From Gracilinanus agilis (lineage: Eukaryota): a DNA stretch of 64,000 nucleotides. The notes beneath the pieces are model-generated. The model made no database searches and was not told the DNA's origin. It was given only the letters and a program-made list of their open reading frames with translations. A program made the translations under genes and the position numbers. The stretch spans positions 553,019,296 through 553,083,295 of the forward strand of contig NC_058131.1 of assembly GCF_016433145.1 (NCBI RefSeq), given 5' to 3'. Below, one piece after another: positions 1 to 20,279 of the stretch; positions within the stretch are counted from its first letter, which is position 1; each line of letters starts with the position of its first letter.

Positions 1-577
1 GGTTCTCAGATCTTCTTCATAGCAGAAGAGTGGGAAGAACTAGACAAAGCGGGTTATGTGATTTGCCTAGGGTCAAATAGCTAGCTAGGAAGTATCTGAG
101 GTATCAAATTTGAACCCAGGACCTTCCATCTCCAGGCCTGGCTCTTTATCCACTGAGGCACCTAGCTGCTGCCACCTCCCCAAATGTTTATATGCTTGGA
201 TAGTCCAGGTAGCTCTAGTACAAAGAAAGTAATTTCATTGGTGGGTTCTAAACTCTTGGTACATCCCTAAGTCATGTTGCTGGGAAACAACAAGGTGCAT
301 ACATAGCAGGAGCCATTTTCTCCCTTGTCTCCATGCCATGACTCTAGCTGTAGACTCAGGGTTGCTTCTTCTTAGTTTAACCCCTGGTCTGGGTCTGCTT
401 AGAATGGGCCACAAAAAGACAATGTTACGGAGTGGAGGAAGGACTCTTAATTATATATTGCGGTGTTTTCACTGAAGCTTGACATCTCTATCATGCAGGA
501 CCTAAATGTTCAGGCCAAGGGTAGAGGCTCCTTTCTGTATTCCTGCAAGTTGTGTGACAAGTTCAAGTTTAACATAA

Positions 578-779
578 TTTTTTAAAAAACCCTTACCTTC
601 CATCTTGGACTCAATACTGTGTATTGGCTCCAAGGCAGAAGAATGGTAAGGGCTAGGCAATGGGGGTTAAGTGACTTGCCCAGGGTCACACAGCTGGGAA
701 GTGTTTGAGGTCAGATTTGAACGTAGGACCTCCTGTCTCTAGGCCTGGCTCTCAATCCACTGAGCTACCCAGTTGCCCC
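578..779 (-). mobile_element. Marsupial tRNA/CORE SINE (SINE1_Mdo-like), full length
   Basis: Reverse complement starts GGGGCAACTGGGTAGCTCAGTGGATTGAGAGCCAGGCC and ends GTAAGGGTTTTTTAAA. The family name is from recall. Confidence 0.85.
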
Positions 780-1651
780 TTCAACATAAATTTTAACATG
801 AGAGGAGAGACCCTCTTCAATTACATGAAAGAACCTACTCAACTATAACCTATACCTAATTCCTTCTGAACAGATTAGTTGATTGATTGACTATGTATGT
901 ATTACTCTCTGTTAATGATAAGTAACTGATCGCTATCCCTATGGAATTTCATTAACTTGGCAACACTGATTAGATTGAAAATTATCAGAGATAAAAACTT
1001 TTGATAGGTAATAATTGATATGTTAAGCAGGAAAGAGATTAAAGAATTTCTCCTACAGCACAAGGAATTCAATAAGTGTGAGGATCCAAGAAAAGCACCA
1101 AAAAAAGGAAACATTAGCTGTGTTCAGGAAATGGAAGGCAATCTGGTTTGTCTGGAGCAGAGTTTATAGAGGGTAGCCAAGGAGAGAGAAGGATGGAAAA
1201 ATAAGGTGGCAATAGATAAGGGGAGGGCCTAATGTGTATGATAGAAGAGGAGTTAGAGGTGAAAATATCCTGAAAAGGCAAGGAAGAAGCTGTCTCAGAT
1301 AGAGACCTGGGAGGAGAGAGGTGAGGGGAGGAGAATAAAGGAGAATCAGTATGCTGAGAAAGACAAAAAGTGAAGAAAGGAATTTGACTGAAGATAGAAG
1401 AGTAAGTTCTCATGGAGGGAAACTAGTGGCCTAAAGGAGAATTGGTCCATCATTCTTCCAACCTCTAGATTAGAATGATTCCAGTTAATGATGCAGTCTT
1501 TATCTGGGAAAGAAAGCTAAAAACAACAAAAGAGGGTATTTATTTTTTAGCTATGTTGGGAAGAAGAGGAGGATAAAAAAGAGATAGGACTTCTGGAATC
1601 AAGTAGATGATAATAACTGGAAACAGAAAGAATTCAGAGAAAGAGCTCAAT

Positions 1652-2225
1652 TCTTTTTTTAAAAATTATTTATTTATTTATTAGAATGTTTTTCCATGTT
1701 TACATGATTCATTTTCTTTCCCTCCCCACTCCCAGAGCCGACAAGCAATTCCACTGGGTTGTACAAATGTTGTCACTTGATACCTATTTCCCTACTATTC
1801 ATTTTTGCTATAGAGTGATTTTTAAAAGCCAAATCACATACCCATATGTACATGTGATAAGTGATGTCATATATTTTGCTTTTGCATTTCTACTCTTCTC
1901 TCAATGTGGATAACATTCTTTTACATAAGTTCTACTAGCAGCAAGGTCTATTATGTTGGATTTTTCCACAATGCTTTACTTTCTGTGTACAATGTTTCTT
2001 CTGGTTGTGCTTCGTTTCACTTTGCATCAGTTCATTCAGGTTCTCCCAGTTTATATGGAAAGGCTCCAGATCATCAATCCTTACAGCACAATAGTATTCC
2101 GTCACCAGCATATACCACAATTTGTTCAGCCATTCCCCAATCAAAGGGCATCCCCTCATTTTCCAATTCTTTGCCACTACAAAGAGCGTGGCTATGAATA
2201 TTTTTGTACAAGTATTTTTCCTTAT
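1652..2225 (-). mobile_element. L1 3' fragment (ORF2 C-terminus + 3'UTR)
   Basis: ORF 1935-2177(-) [19 protein letters not shown] is the L1 ORF2 C-terminal motif. The A-rich tail is at about 1652-1685. Confidence 0.85.
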
Positions 2226-2571
2226 TATCGGAGCTTAATTCTTAAATTGCTTTTGTTTTATCTGCCAGGGATAATTACCTTTGAGCTGGACAGGGAGGAA
2301 CAAATATGGCCAATAGGAAAATGATGCTCAAGGTAACAAAGGAAAAAGGAAAAGAGTAAGAAGCAGTGTGTCTATAGGACCAGATTTGGAGTCACAAAGA
2401 TCTGAAATCAATTCTAGATCCACACTAACAGTGTGACCATAGGAGTCACTTAATAGGTCAACTCCCTTAGATAGTTCTCTATGCTTGAGTTACAGATGAG
2501 TTGTGGAACTGTGTCCCTGGAGAGAATTTCCACACTGGGAGTTCCCTTTACAGATAGAATTTCTATCTATG

Positions 2572-2787
2572 GGGGCAGCTGGGTAGCTCAGTGGATTGAG
2601 AGCCAGGCCTAGAGACGGGAGATCCTAGGTTCAAATCTGGCCTCAGACACTTCCCAGCTGTGTGACCTTGGGCAAGTCACTTAACCCCCATTGCCTAGTC
2701 CTTACTACTCTTCTGCCTTGGAGCCAATACACAGTATTGACTCCAAGACAGAAGGTAAGGGTTTAAAAAAAAAAAAAAAAAAAAAAA
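2572..2787 (+). mobile_element. Young SINE1_Mdo-like SINE with long poly(A) and TSD
   Basis: A box TAGCTCAGTGG, B box GGTTCAAATC, A-tail of about 23 nt and a 14-bp TSD AGAATTTCTATCTA (2556-2569 / 2787-2800). Confidence 0.92.
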
Positions 2788-2904
2788 GAATTTCTATCTA
2801 CCTTTACTGATCTAAGACATCTGGCCCAGATCCTCTGGTACTGAGAGGATTGGCAGATGTGTAATTGATGAGCCACTTAGGGAGGTCTGAAAGAGCATGG
2901 AGAA

Positions 2905-3086
2905 GGGGCAGCTAGATGGATAGAGAACCAGGCCCAGGGGCAGGAGAACCTGGGTTCAAATTTGGCCTAGCTGTGTGACCCTGGGCAGATCACTTAACCC
3001 CAATTGCCTAACCCTTAGTGATCTTCTGCCTTGGAACCAATACTTAGTATTGATTCTAAGACAGAAGGTAAGGATTTTTTAAAAAA
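2905..3086 (+). mobile_element. SINE (SINE1/MAR1-like) inserted into the CR1 element
   Basis: SINE head and tail flanked by a near-identical TSD AAAGAGCATGGA(G/A)AA. Confidence 0.85.
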
Positions 3087-3343
3087 GAGCATGGAAAATG
3101 GGAGAAAAAAAATGTAGAATCGGAGAAGGGTAAATGTCCTGATTTTCAAAGAGGGGAAGCGAATAGTCTGCAGATTATAGGCTATTAAGCCTGACTTTGA
3201 TTCCTAGCAATTTTCTATAAAGTATTGATTAATAAATTCAATTTTTAAATTCATAAAATTACTAATAATCAAAACAAACAAACAAAAGGGTCTGTGCTTG
3301 ACATTCTATAATCTAACTCTCCCCCCCACCCTCACCCCTTTTT

Positions 3344-3538
3344 AAAACACACATATTCTGTCTTAGAATTGATACTAAGTATTGGTTCCCAGGCAGAAGA
3401 ATGGTAAGGGCTAAGCCATTGGGTTTAAGTGACTTGCCCAGGATCACACAGCTAGGAATTGTCTGAGGCCAGATTTGAACCTAGGACCTCCCATCTCTAG
3501 GCTTGGCTCTCCATCCAACTGAGCCACCCAGCTGCCCC
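3344..3538 (-). mobile_element. SINE1-like SINE
   Basis: Same consensus as neighbouring copies, in reverse orientation. Confidence 0.8.
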
Positions 3539-3985
3539 TATCTAACATTCTTATCAATGATTTATGTTTTGGGGTCAAAAAAAAAGATACGCTTATCAAA
3601 TTTGAAGGTTGGGAGAGATAGAGAACCCATTAGAGGATTATTGAGATAAGCCATATAAGATGAAGTGTAATAGGAACACATCCAAGTCAAGTTTAAATTT
3701 GTATGAAAAGATTCATCTTCACAAAGGCAAGATGGTACAGGGAGTTGGATATCAGGGCTGGACATCTGAAAGAGATCTGGAAGTTTTGGTGGATTGCAAG
3801 GACAATCTGGATCAACAATATGATCTGGTAGCCCAAGAAAATTAATGCGATTTTAGGCTATATTAAGAGAGATCTAACTTTCAAGAGTAAGGAGGTAGCA
3901 AATCCTTTTTTATTTTGCCATCATCAAACGTGTAGAATATTTGTGTTCGGATAAGGATGCCACATTTTGGAAAAGATATTTCTAA

Positions 3986-4180
3986 GGGGCAGCTGGGTAG
4001 CTCAGTGGATTGAGAGCCAGGCCTAGAGACTGGAGGTCCTAGGTTCAAATCCGGCCTCAGACACTTCCCAGCTGTGTGACCCTGGGCAAGTCACTTGACC
4101 CCCATTGCCTACCCTTACCACTCTTCCGCCTTGGAGCCAATACACAAAAGTTAAGGGTTTAAAAAAAATTAAAAAAAAAA
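3986..4180 (+). mobile_element. Young SINE1-like SINE with TSD
   Basis: Intact head GGGGCAGCTGGGTAGCTCAGTGG and a 14-bp TSD AAAAGATATTTCTA (3971-3984 / 4177-4190). Confidence 0.9.
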
Positions 4181-4954
4181 GATATTTCTATTTAGGAGAT
4201 TGTACAGAGTGGGCAACCAGAATGGTAAAGACCTTGAGTTTATGCCAGATGAGAACTGAAGGAACTGGAACTCCTTAGCTTGGAGAAGAGACAATTTAGT
4301 AGACATAATAGCTATGGTCAAGTATTTAAAGGGCTGTCATTTGGAAAATAGATTAATATCTTTGGTTTAGCTCCCGAAGGAAGAATTATCGTGGGTGAGA
4401 TCCTGAGCAGAAGGTTATAGGAAGGTAAATTTAACTGTGTGACCCTGGGCAAGTCACCTAACCTCAGTTGCCTAGCCCTGACTGTTCATTTGCCTTGGAA
4501 CCAATATTTAGGATCAATTCTAAGACAGAAAGTAAGGGTTTAATAAAAAATACAGAAAGGTAAATTTAGGTACACTAGAAAGAAAAACTTTCAAACAATT
4601 AGTGTCCATTATCTGAAAGTGGAAGGGTCTGCCTCAGGAGGTAGATTTCTCCTTGCTGCAGATCTTCAAGAAAAGGCCAGATGTCTACTTGTTGGCTAAG
4701 TTAAAAGCTCACTATGGTTTCTTCCAATTATGAAGTTGTATGAGTTTGTTTAGTGAAGGACATGAAGAATCCACATTTGCCACCCATTCCTAGAGGGCTG
4801 GAATAAACAAGTTTTTTTCTCAAAGTCATTCCTCTTTCATATCCTAGTTTCTCCCCATCTCAGCCTAGACCTGCAATCCAAAGTTCTACATTCCTAACAT
4901 TTCTGTAGATACAAAAGAAAAGTTTATCTCCTCACCTTTTTAAAACAATAGCAA

Positions 4955-5125
4955 GAGGCAGCTAGGGGGCTCAGTAGATAGAGCTGTCCACAGGCCTGGA
5001 GTTGGGAGGACTTGGGTTCAAATGTGATCTCAGATACTTCCTAGCTGTGTGACCCTGGGCCAGTGGCCTAGCCCTTACTGCTCTGGAACCAATACTAACA
5101 CAGCAGGCAAGGGTTTAAAACAAAC
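4955..5125 (+). mobile_element. Diverged SINE
   Basis: GGCAGCTAGGGGGCTCAGTAGATAGAG head, GGGTTCAAAT B box and AAGGGTTTAAAA tail. Confidence 0.7.
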
Positions 5126-5644
5126 AAAAACAGAACACAGAAGGATAAGCAACCGAGATTTAATAAAAACAAACAAAATGAAATGAAAAAACAAAGTTGG
5201 AAGGAACCGGTGTTTCTTTACTCTGTCTTTTCTAACTCAGAATTGTAGGCTCAGTCGATAATAACTTAACTTTGTATAGTATCTTATGCAATCAATCAAT
5301 TCACAGGTAATTCTTAGAAAGGACCCCGTGCCATATCTAGCTCTATTCATTGCCACGGAGCATTCAACAAATAGTCTAATGGAATTCTTGTCATGCTTAG
5401 AATTTTAGAGTTGGGGGACTTTAAGAAGTCATCTGATCTAATTCTGTTACTCTGGCTCTATCTCCCATTTTTCATGACCAAAAATATCTCATGATATCCT
5501 ATTTTCATGCCTCTGCCCAGGCCACCTCCTTTATCTAATGAATTCTTGCCTCCTCCTCCTCCTTCTTCTTCCCTTCCTCCTTCTCCCCCCCCCCCCACTT
5601 TATCTCTCTCATCTGGCTTGGAATTATCTGTTCCTGGTGGATTT

Positions 5645-6045
5645 TTATGTGACCTGGAACAACCTCCAGGAATTGATGCAGAGCAAAAGGAGCAGAGACA
5701 GATATACTGTGGCACAATCAAATGTAACTGACTTTTCTACTAGCGGCAATGCAATGATCCAGGACAATCCAGAGGAATTTATGAGAAAAAAGCCAGAGAA
5801 AGAACTGTAGGAGTAGAAATGCAGAAGAAAAATATATGATCCATCATGTGGTTCAATGAGGATGTGATTCGGGTTTTGTGGTTAAAAGATCTCTCTATTG
5901 GAAATAAGTTTTGAACAATGATACGTGTAAAACCCAGTGGAACTGCTTGTCAGCTCCGGGAGGGAGGAGGAAGAGGGAAGGAAATATCATGAATCATGTA
6001 ACCATGGGAGAATATTTGAAATAAATAAATTAATAAAAAAAAACA
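5645..6045 (+). mobile_element. L1 3' end fragment
   Basis: Similar to the 3' end of the L1 at 57140-57590 (GGAATTGATGCAGAG...AAACCCAGTGGAA...GTAACCATGG, A-rich tail). Confidence 0.8.
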
Positions 6046-6214
6046 AAGGAAAAAAAGAATTATCTGTTCCAAGGCAGAAGAGAGGTAAGGGCTAGGGCCA
6101 TTGGGGTTAAGTAATTTGTCCAGGGTCATACAGCTAGGAAGCATCTGAGGCCAGAACCTAGGACCTCCTGGCTTTCTATCTACTGAACCACCTACCTGAT
6201 CCTTGCCAAATTAA

Positions 6215-7150
6215 AAAAAAAATTATTTTTAAATATTTTTCCAAGGTTATATGATTCTGTCCTTTCCCTTCCCTTTTCTCTATCTGCCTCCCAGAGCTGA
6301 CAAACAACTCCACTTGGGTTATACATGTATTATCACTCAGCCTATTTCTATATTATTCATTTTTGCTGTATTCTTTTAAAACCAAACTCCAAATCCTATA
6401 TCCATATAAACAAGTGATAAATCATGTTTTTCTTCTGCATTTCTACTTTACAGTTCTTTCTCTTGATGTAGATAGCATTCTTTCTCATAAATCCCTCTGG
6501 ATTGTCTTAGATCATTACATTGCTATTAGTAGCAAAGTCTATTACATTTGATCATCCCACAATGTTTCAGTTACTGTGTATAATGTTCTCCTGGTTATGC
6601 TCATTTCACTCCGCATCAGTTCATGGAGACCTTCCCAGTTTTTATAGAAATCAAGCAGTTCATCATTCCTCATAGAACAATAGTATTCCATCACCATCAT
6701 ATAACACAATTTGTTCAGCCATTCTCCAATCAAAGGGCATCCCCTCATTCTCCAATTTTTTTGCCACCACAAAGAGCACAGCTATAAGTATTTTTGTACA
6801 AACTTTTTTTTATATCTTTGGGGGTACAAACCCAGTAGAATTGCTGGATCAAAAATCATGCATTCTTTTAAAGCCCTTTGGGCATAATTCCAATTGTCTT
6901 CCAGAATGGTGGATCAATTCACAACTCCACCTGAGATTTTTACCACATCCCCTCCAACATTTATTATTTTCCTTTACTGTCATATTGGTCAATCTACTAG
7001 ATGTGAGGTGGTACCTCAGGGTTGTTTTGATTTGCCTTTCTCTAATCAGGAGGGATATAGAACACTTTTCCATGTGATTATTGATAGTTTTGATTTCTTC
7101 CTCTGAAAACTGCCTATTCATATCCCTTGACCATTTGTCAATTGGGGATT
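6215..7150 (-). mobile_element. L1 3' fragment with internal deletion
   Basis: ORFs 6542-6772(-) ([15 protein letters not shown]) and 6849-7244(-) (DKWSRDMNRQFSEEEIK...[15 protein letters not shown]) match the L1 ORF2 C-terminus seen at 56018-56803. Confidence 0.88.
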
Positions 7151-7894
7151 GCCTTGCCAATTTTTTAAAGCCCATCTCAGCTATCATCTCCTCCCTGAAG
7201 TTTCCTCTGATCCCTACGTCAGAAATAACCTGGTCTCTGCTCACCCCCTCACTTGATGGGGCAAACTTTACTCATCAAGTGTTCTTGTGTATTTCGATTT
7301 TCTGAGTATGGATCTTAGTATCTTATTAGACTATGGGGGCCACTAGGACTCATTTGGGTCTTTTCTAAACTTTATATCTCCTATAGCACCTAACCCAATG
7401 ATCTGCACACAGTAAACATTTAATGGTCCCTGAATTTCAGTGAAACCAAAATCCTCAGAGATTTTACCAAAGTCACATACTAGTAAGTGACAGACTCAAA
7501 TCAAGATCTCCAGATTTCGTGCCTTGGGAATTAATCACTATGACGAAGGGCTGGCAGGATGGGAAGTTGCTCACTGGTGTGATTTCTAGGGCATCAGGAA
7601 GATTTTCCTCCCACTCAAATACCAAAATGCCAGAAATTCTGCTATTACTGAGACATTCATTTGCCTCTTTCTGCTATTCTTTTAACATGGGAGAGAAATA
7701 TATACTATTATTCATACCTATTGGTCTGTAGTTTATCAGATGTCTTACTCCTAGGGGCAGCATAAAAGAATAGGGAAAATACAGGATATTGTTAATATAC
7801 TCTGATTGATATAAATAAGGAAAGGAGTTCAAAGGTTGCCTAAGATAAACTTCATCAGTATAAAATGACCCTTTTGTTGTTGTTGCTGTTAATA

Positions 7895-8085
7895 AAAACC
7901 CATACCTTCTCTCTTAGAATCAATACTAAGTATTGGTTCCAAGGACAAAGAGCAATACTCCTTAGGTGATGGATGTTAAGTGACTTGCCCAGGGTCACAC
8001 AGGAAGTATCTGAGATCAAATTTGGAACCAGGTTTTCCTGGCCCTGCTTCTGACTCTCAATCCACTGAGTCAGCTAACTAGTCTC
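7895..8085 (-). mobile_element. SINE1/MAR1-like SINE
   Basis: Same consensus blocks (CTTAGAATCAATACTAAGTATTGGTTCCAAGG, AAGTGACTTGCCCAGGGTCACAC). Confidence 0.75.
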
Positions 8086-8244
8086 TCAGCCCTAATCCCC
8101 CTCACTTCCAGGAAGTAGCTATGATTGGATTTGAATCCAGGTCCTCCAGTTCTCTACAGATACACTGTGCCACCTAGCTGCACCTATAAAAAAATGACCC
8201 TTTAAACAAAATATAATATACATAGAAAGATAAATTATTGACCT

Positions 8245-9340
8245 AGTCAGTCATTCAGTCAGTCAACTAGCATTTATTTACTATGTTCTAGGCATCATAC
8301 TAAGTTCTGGAGATACAGTGAATCCGTGCTCTCAAGGAGTTCTCAGTCTAATGAGAGAGACAACATGCCAACAACTATGTGCAAATTCTATAGATTCGGA
8401 TGTGTGCGCATACAGGACAGATTGGGGATAATCTCAGAGGGAAGGCACAAGGTTAAAGAGGATAGAGAAAGACTTCTTGCAGAAGGTGGGACTTTAGCTG
8501 AGATTTAGAGAAAGCCTAGGAAGCCAGGATGCAGAAGAGAGGAGGGAGAGAATTCTAGGCATGGGGGACAGCCAGTGAAAATACAATTGGGAGATGGGCT
8601 GTCGTGGGCAAGGAGCAGCAAGAAGGCCAGTGTCTCTGGATCACAGAGTAAGAAGAGGGAAATGTAAGATGTAAGAAGACTGGAAATGTGGGAATGGAGC
8701 AGATTTTGAAGGGCTTAAAAGCTAAACAGAGGATTTCATATTTGATCCTGAAGGTAACAGGCAGTCACTGGAGTTTACTAAGCTAAGAGGGTGACATGGT
8801 TAGATTTGTGCTTTTAAGAAGATAAATTTGACAGCTGAGTGGAGGATGAATAGAAGTAGAGACCTTGAGGCAGGCTATTGTAATAGTTCAAATGTGAGGT
8901 GATGACGGCCTATACCAGGGTAGTGGCAGTGTCAGAGGAAGACAATAGGGCGAAAAAGAGAGAAATGAAGGTAGAAACGACAGAACTTGTCAGTCGATAG
9001 AATATGGGGGTGTGGGGAGTGGCGAGGGAGAGTGCCAGGAGTTGAGAATGACACGTATATCAAGAGCCTGGATGGTTTGGACGATGGTGATATCTTCGAC
9101 AGCAATTGGGAAGTTAGGAAGGGGGATGAGAGGGCTTGAGGTGGGGTGGGGGTGGATAATGTGTCGTTTTAGCCACATTGATTTTAAGATGTCTACAGGA
9201 CATCCAGTTCGATTTGTCCAATAGGCTGTCGGAGATGGGAGACTGGAGATCATATTCAGGTAGGTGCTTGATCAGTTCTTTTGACTGCTTGAAAAAGCAA
9301 CATTTTTTGGGGGGGAGGGGAGGGCTTCTGCGGAAAGAAA
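8245..9340 (-). mobile_element. L2 LINE fragment
   Basis: Typical L2 3' end (CATTCAGTCAGTCAA...CATTTATT...CTATGT) and ORF 9114-9374(-) ISDSLLDKSNWMSCRHLKINVAKT, which resembles the L2 RT C-terminus (W...LKLN..KT). Confidence 0.75.
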
Positions 9341-9593
9341 TTTGCGTGAGTGTTTGTTGGTGAATAGTCTTCAAGACAACTAGATATTAATTTAATATTC
9401 TCTTTCCTCTTACCTTACGGTAAGTTTCATGACAGTAGGTATTGTGCTTACTCTAAACTGAATTTACCTTAGAGTCTAGCAAAGTGTTCTGCACACAGTA
9501 GGGATTTATTACGTGGAAGGAGTAGAATGAACGCATCAATGAATAATGAAAAACTTCAGAAAAACAATGAGTATTTGAAATAGAAATGGCCAG

Positions 9594-9599
9594 AAAAAA
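9594..9599 (-). terminator. RNA polymerase III terminator (T6) for tRNA-Arg
   Basis: An A6 run on + (T6 on -) lies about 30 nt downstream of the tRNA 3' end and is the first run of 4 or more T on that strand. Confidence 0.75.
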
Positions 9600-9628
9600 C
9601 AAATAATAAAGATGAAATCCCTTCCGAC

Positions 9629-9701
9629 CGAGCCAGCCAGGAGTCGAACCTGGAATCTTCTGATCCGTAGTCAGACGCGTTATCCATTGCGCCACTGGCC
9701 C
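9629..9701 (-). tRNA. TRR-ACG: tRNA-Arg, anticodon ACG (73 nt, intronless)
   Basis: The reverse complement reads GGGCCAGTGGCGCAATGGATAACGCGTCTGACTACGGATCAGAAGATTCCAGGTTCGACTCCTGGCTGGCTCG. It has an A box TGGCGCAATGG, anticodon loop CTACGGA and B box GGTTCGACTCC, and matches the recalled mammalian tRNA-Arg-ACG-1 sequence. Confidence 0.98.
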
Positions 9702-10070
9702 GAGGACGAAAAAACTTCTGCAGCAGCACATCTTCAAGAGAATGCCGCAGGGCTTCATGGGGAATGTAGTTTTTTATTTGGATCCGTTTCAAGTAATTTA
9801 CATAAAACGATTGGGGAAGTAGACTCTATTCACAAGCGGGACCTTCGGATTGGTAGGGCTCTAGTTCTCACGCCTTTCGTCACGGCGCCGCCGCCTGATT
9901 GGCAGAGAGACCCACACATCGCCCCGCCCACCTCCCAACGCTAAGTGGGAGAAGACGCTCGGGTTGTTAAGGAGACTCCTCCCGCCCACTAGGGAAACCC
10001 GGCTTTTCCCGTGCTTTGCCATTGGTTGTTGTTGTCCAGGGGTCCCGGCGCGGACAACGTGAGGGGGAAA

Positions 10071-18159
<8,089 letters not shown>

Positions 18160-18533
18160 TGTTTCCTGCTAATGCCCAAAGCCTAGGAACCAGGAACCAG
18201 TCCCCAGTTCCCCTATAGCATTGAAAGAACCAGTAATTATTCCCGAGGGTGGGGTCACCCTTGCCATTCATCAGATCAGATCAGGGTATCCTCATCTGCT
18301 TTTCCTGTCTTGTATAAAGGTGGGTAAAAGGACAGAATTAATTAGAGTGCCTCCTATCCCATTCTGTGATAAAAGATCCTGGGCTAGGGAACACTCTGCA
18401 GAATGTGAAGCCACAGGGATGGCACAGCTTCCAGGGCTTCCTGGAGCAAACCCTGAAAACACTGGACTGAGTGATTTTTCAACCCTACCCATCTCTGTGT
18501 TCCTCTTGGTTCTTCTATGTCAAAGGAAATACA

Positions 18534-18539
18534 AATAAA
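18534..18539 (+). promoter_or_regulatory. Polyadenylation signal AATAAA of PRMT5
   Basis: First AATAAA after the stop codon, about 375 nt downstream. Confidence 0.7.
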
Positions 18540-18774
18540 GCAGTTATAGCCCTTCCTGCCCCCATTCACCCTGACCCCTGCCTCTGATTCTCAGGACCTG
18601 ATATATAAACTCAAGTCACGTTCATTTCTAGGCCACATCCTGAAATCACCTGAGTGAGCCATTCTTGTTCAAATAATCAGGAAGTTGATTGTGCTTCCTT
18701 TTGGCCCTTGGAGTCAGCGTTTTGCCAAGCTTTGTCAGTTGGAACAAGCTGTTGTTACATTTCTGCCCTACAGG

Positions 18775-19540
18775 GAAAGAATTTCAGGGCTGGAAGGGAT
18801 CTGATGGCCCTTTAGTCCAACCTACTGCTTGAATTAGAATTCCACTCTATAAAAATATTAGACAGGTGGACATCCAGCCTATTTTTTAAAATTCTCCATT
18901 ACTTCCCATGTAGACTGATCCCCTTTTTTGAATGGCTCTTAAGTGTTAGATGGTTTTTCTTCATATTAAGCCTAAATGTACTTCTCTACAGTTGTTCCAC
19001 TCATTTGCTCATAATTCCTCTCTGGAGCCAAGTAGAACCCAAATGAGATAATGTATAAACATGAGATAATGTTTGTAAATGGGTTTGCAAACTTTAAAGT
19101 GCTCTGCCAATGTCAACTATTATTCTATATCAATTCCCTCTTTCATTGAACAACTCTACTTGAAGAAAGCTATTGTTTTCTCAGTCTTAAACATCCCAAG
19201 TTCTTTTAGCCAGTCATATTGCATGTGATCTCAAGGTTTAACCATTCTTGTTGCCTTTCCCTGGACACTATCTTGTCAGTCTGCAAAAATATAACACCAA
19301 AAACAAGAAATATAATATTCCAGTTAGGGTCTGACTCGAGGGTAGGTATGCCCAAGTTTTCACCTTTCTAGGCCTGTATACACTTGCATTTTTTGGCTGC
19401 AATATTAATCTGTTGACTCACTTAACTTGCAAAACCTCAGATCCTTTCTAGAGGAATTACTGTTTGGATGCACCCTCCATTTTGTACTTATGAAAATGAT
19501 TTTATGGATCCAACTATGACCTACATTTGTCCCTATTAAA
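18775..19540 (-). mobile_element. Old CR1/L3 3' fragment
   Basis: GGGCTGGAAGGGATCT...TAGTCCAACC...CATCCAGCCT pattern typical of reverse-oriented CR1 3' ends. Highly diverged. Confidence 0.55.
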
Positions 19541-20279
19541 TCTTTTAAATATTTTATTTTTGATACCTGTTTTTACATCACATTCATTTCTGAATATTTT
19601 CCACCCATTCTTAAAACACTTTAAAGAGAAAGCAATTCAATAAAACTAACGTGCAGTTCTACTGACAGTGTACATACATATAATGTTTCATATATAAGGA
19701 CCCCTGCCTTTGCAATGAAGGTATGCATACTAAAATTTCCCAAGACTTGGTCCAGCTGTTCTACATTCATCTTGAAAGATCGAATCCCATCAAATTGAGT
19801 GAAGGCTGTAACAGTGGGCTATTGGCAATATTTATGACTGGCTAGTGATCACACATTGATGATATCCCCAATTGCTTGCCCAGGGTTTTGAGGTTCAGGG
19901 ATTTTATTGGTAGCAGGACTTGTTGGTCCGTTGCAGAAGCTGCAATTTGTCCAGTTTTTTTGCTGGGTACAGGAAGTACCTTGGAACTATGAAGCCTGTG
20001 GGAACTAAAGAACCCTGAAAAGGTGCCTATGGGCCTCTGATCAGTTCCTTCAGGCCAGGGGACTTGTTCTGCATAGCTCCTGAAAGCATCAATATGGAGG
20101 AGCGTCCTACTAAGACAGGAAGTTGGAAAGGAAGTAGGATGTCTGAGGTAGTTGGGAAGGGGGGAGGAGGGAATGAGATTTTGGAAAAGGAAATGGAACC
20201 CTCTGCATCCTTAAACCTTTCCAGCTGCTATATCATCCCTGCATAAGGTAGGGTGCCACAAAGCAATGGGGGCTGCAAA

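Larger units (their letters stand above)
2835..4830 (+). mobile_element. Degraded CR1/L3 LINE ORF2 interrupted by several SINEs
   Basis: ORF 3660-3845 SERDLEVLVDCKDNLDQQYDLVAQE resembles the CR1 RT C-terminus (EKDLGVLVD...SQQC). Segments about 2840-2900 and 3100-3215 resemble the CR1 RT N-terminal region. Boundaries are approximate. Confidence 0.7.

Noticed and set aside
240-560. Possible 3' end of HAUS4, the expected upstream syntenic gene
   Set aside because: No frame resembles the HAUS4 C-terminus and there is no exon structure. The gene probably lies outside the window.
5458-5810. Overlapping Pro/Gly/Leu-rich ORFs
   Set aside because: They derive from a CT-rich low-complexity tract plus an L1 3' fragment.
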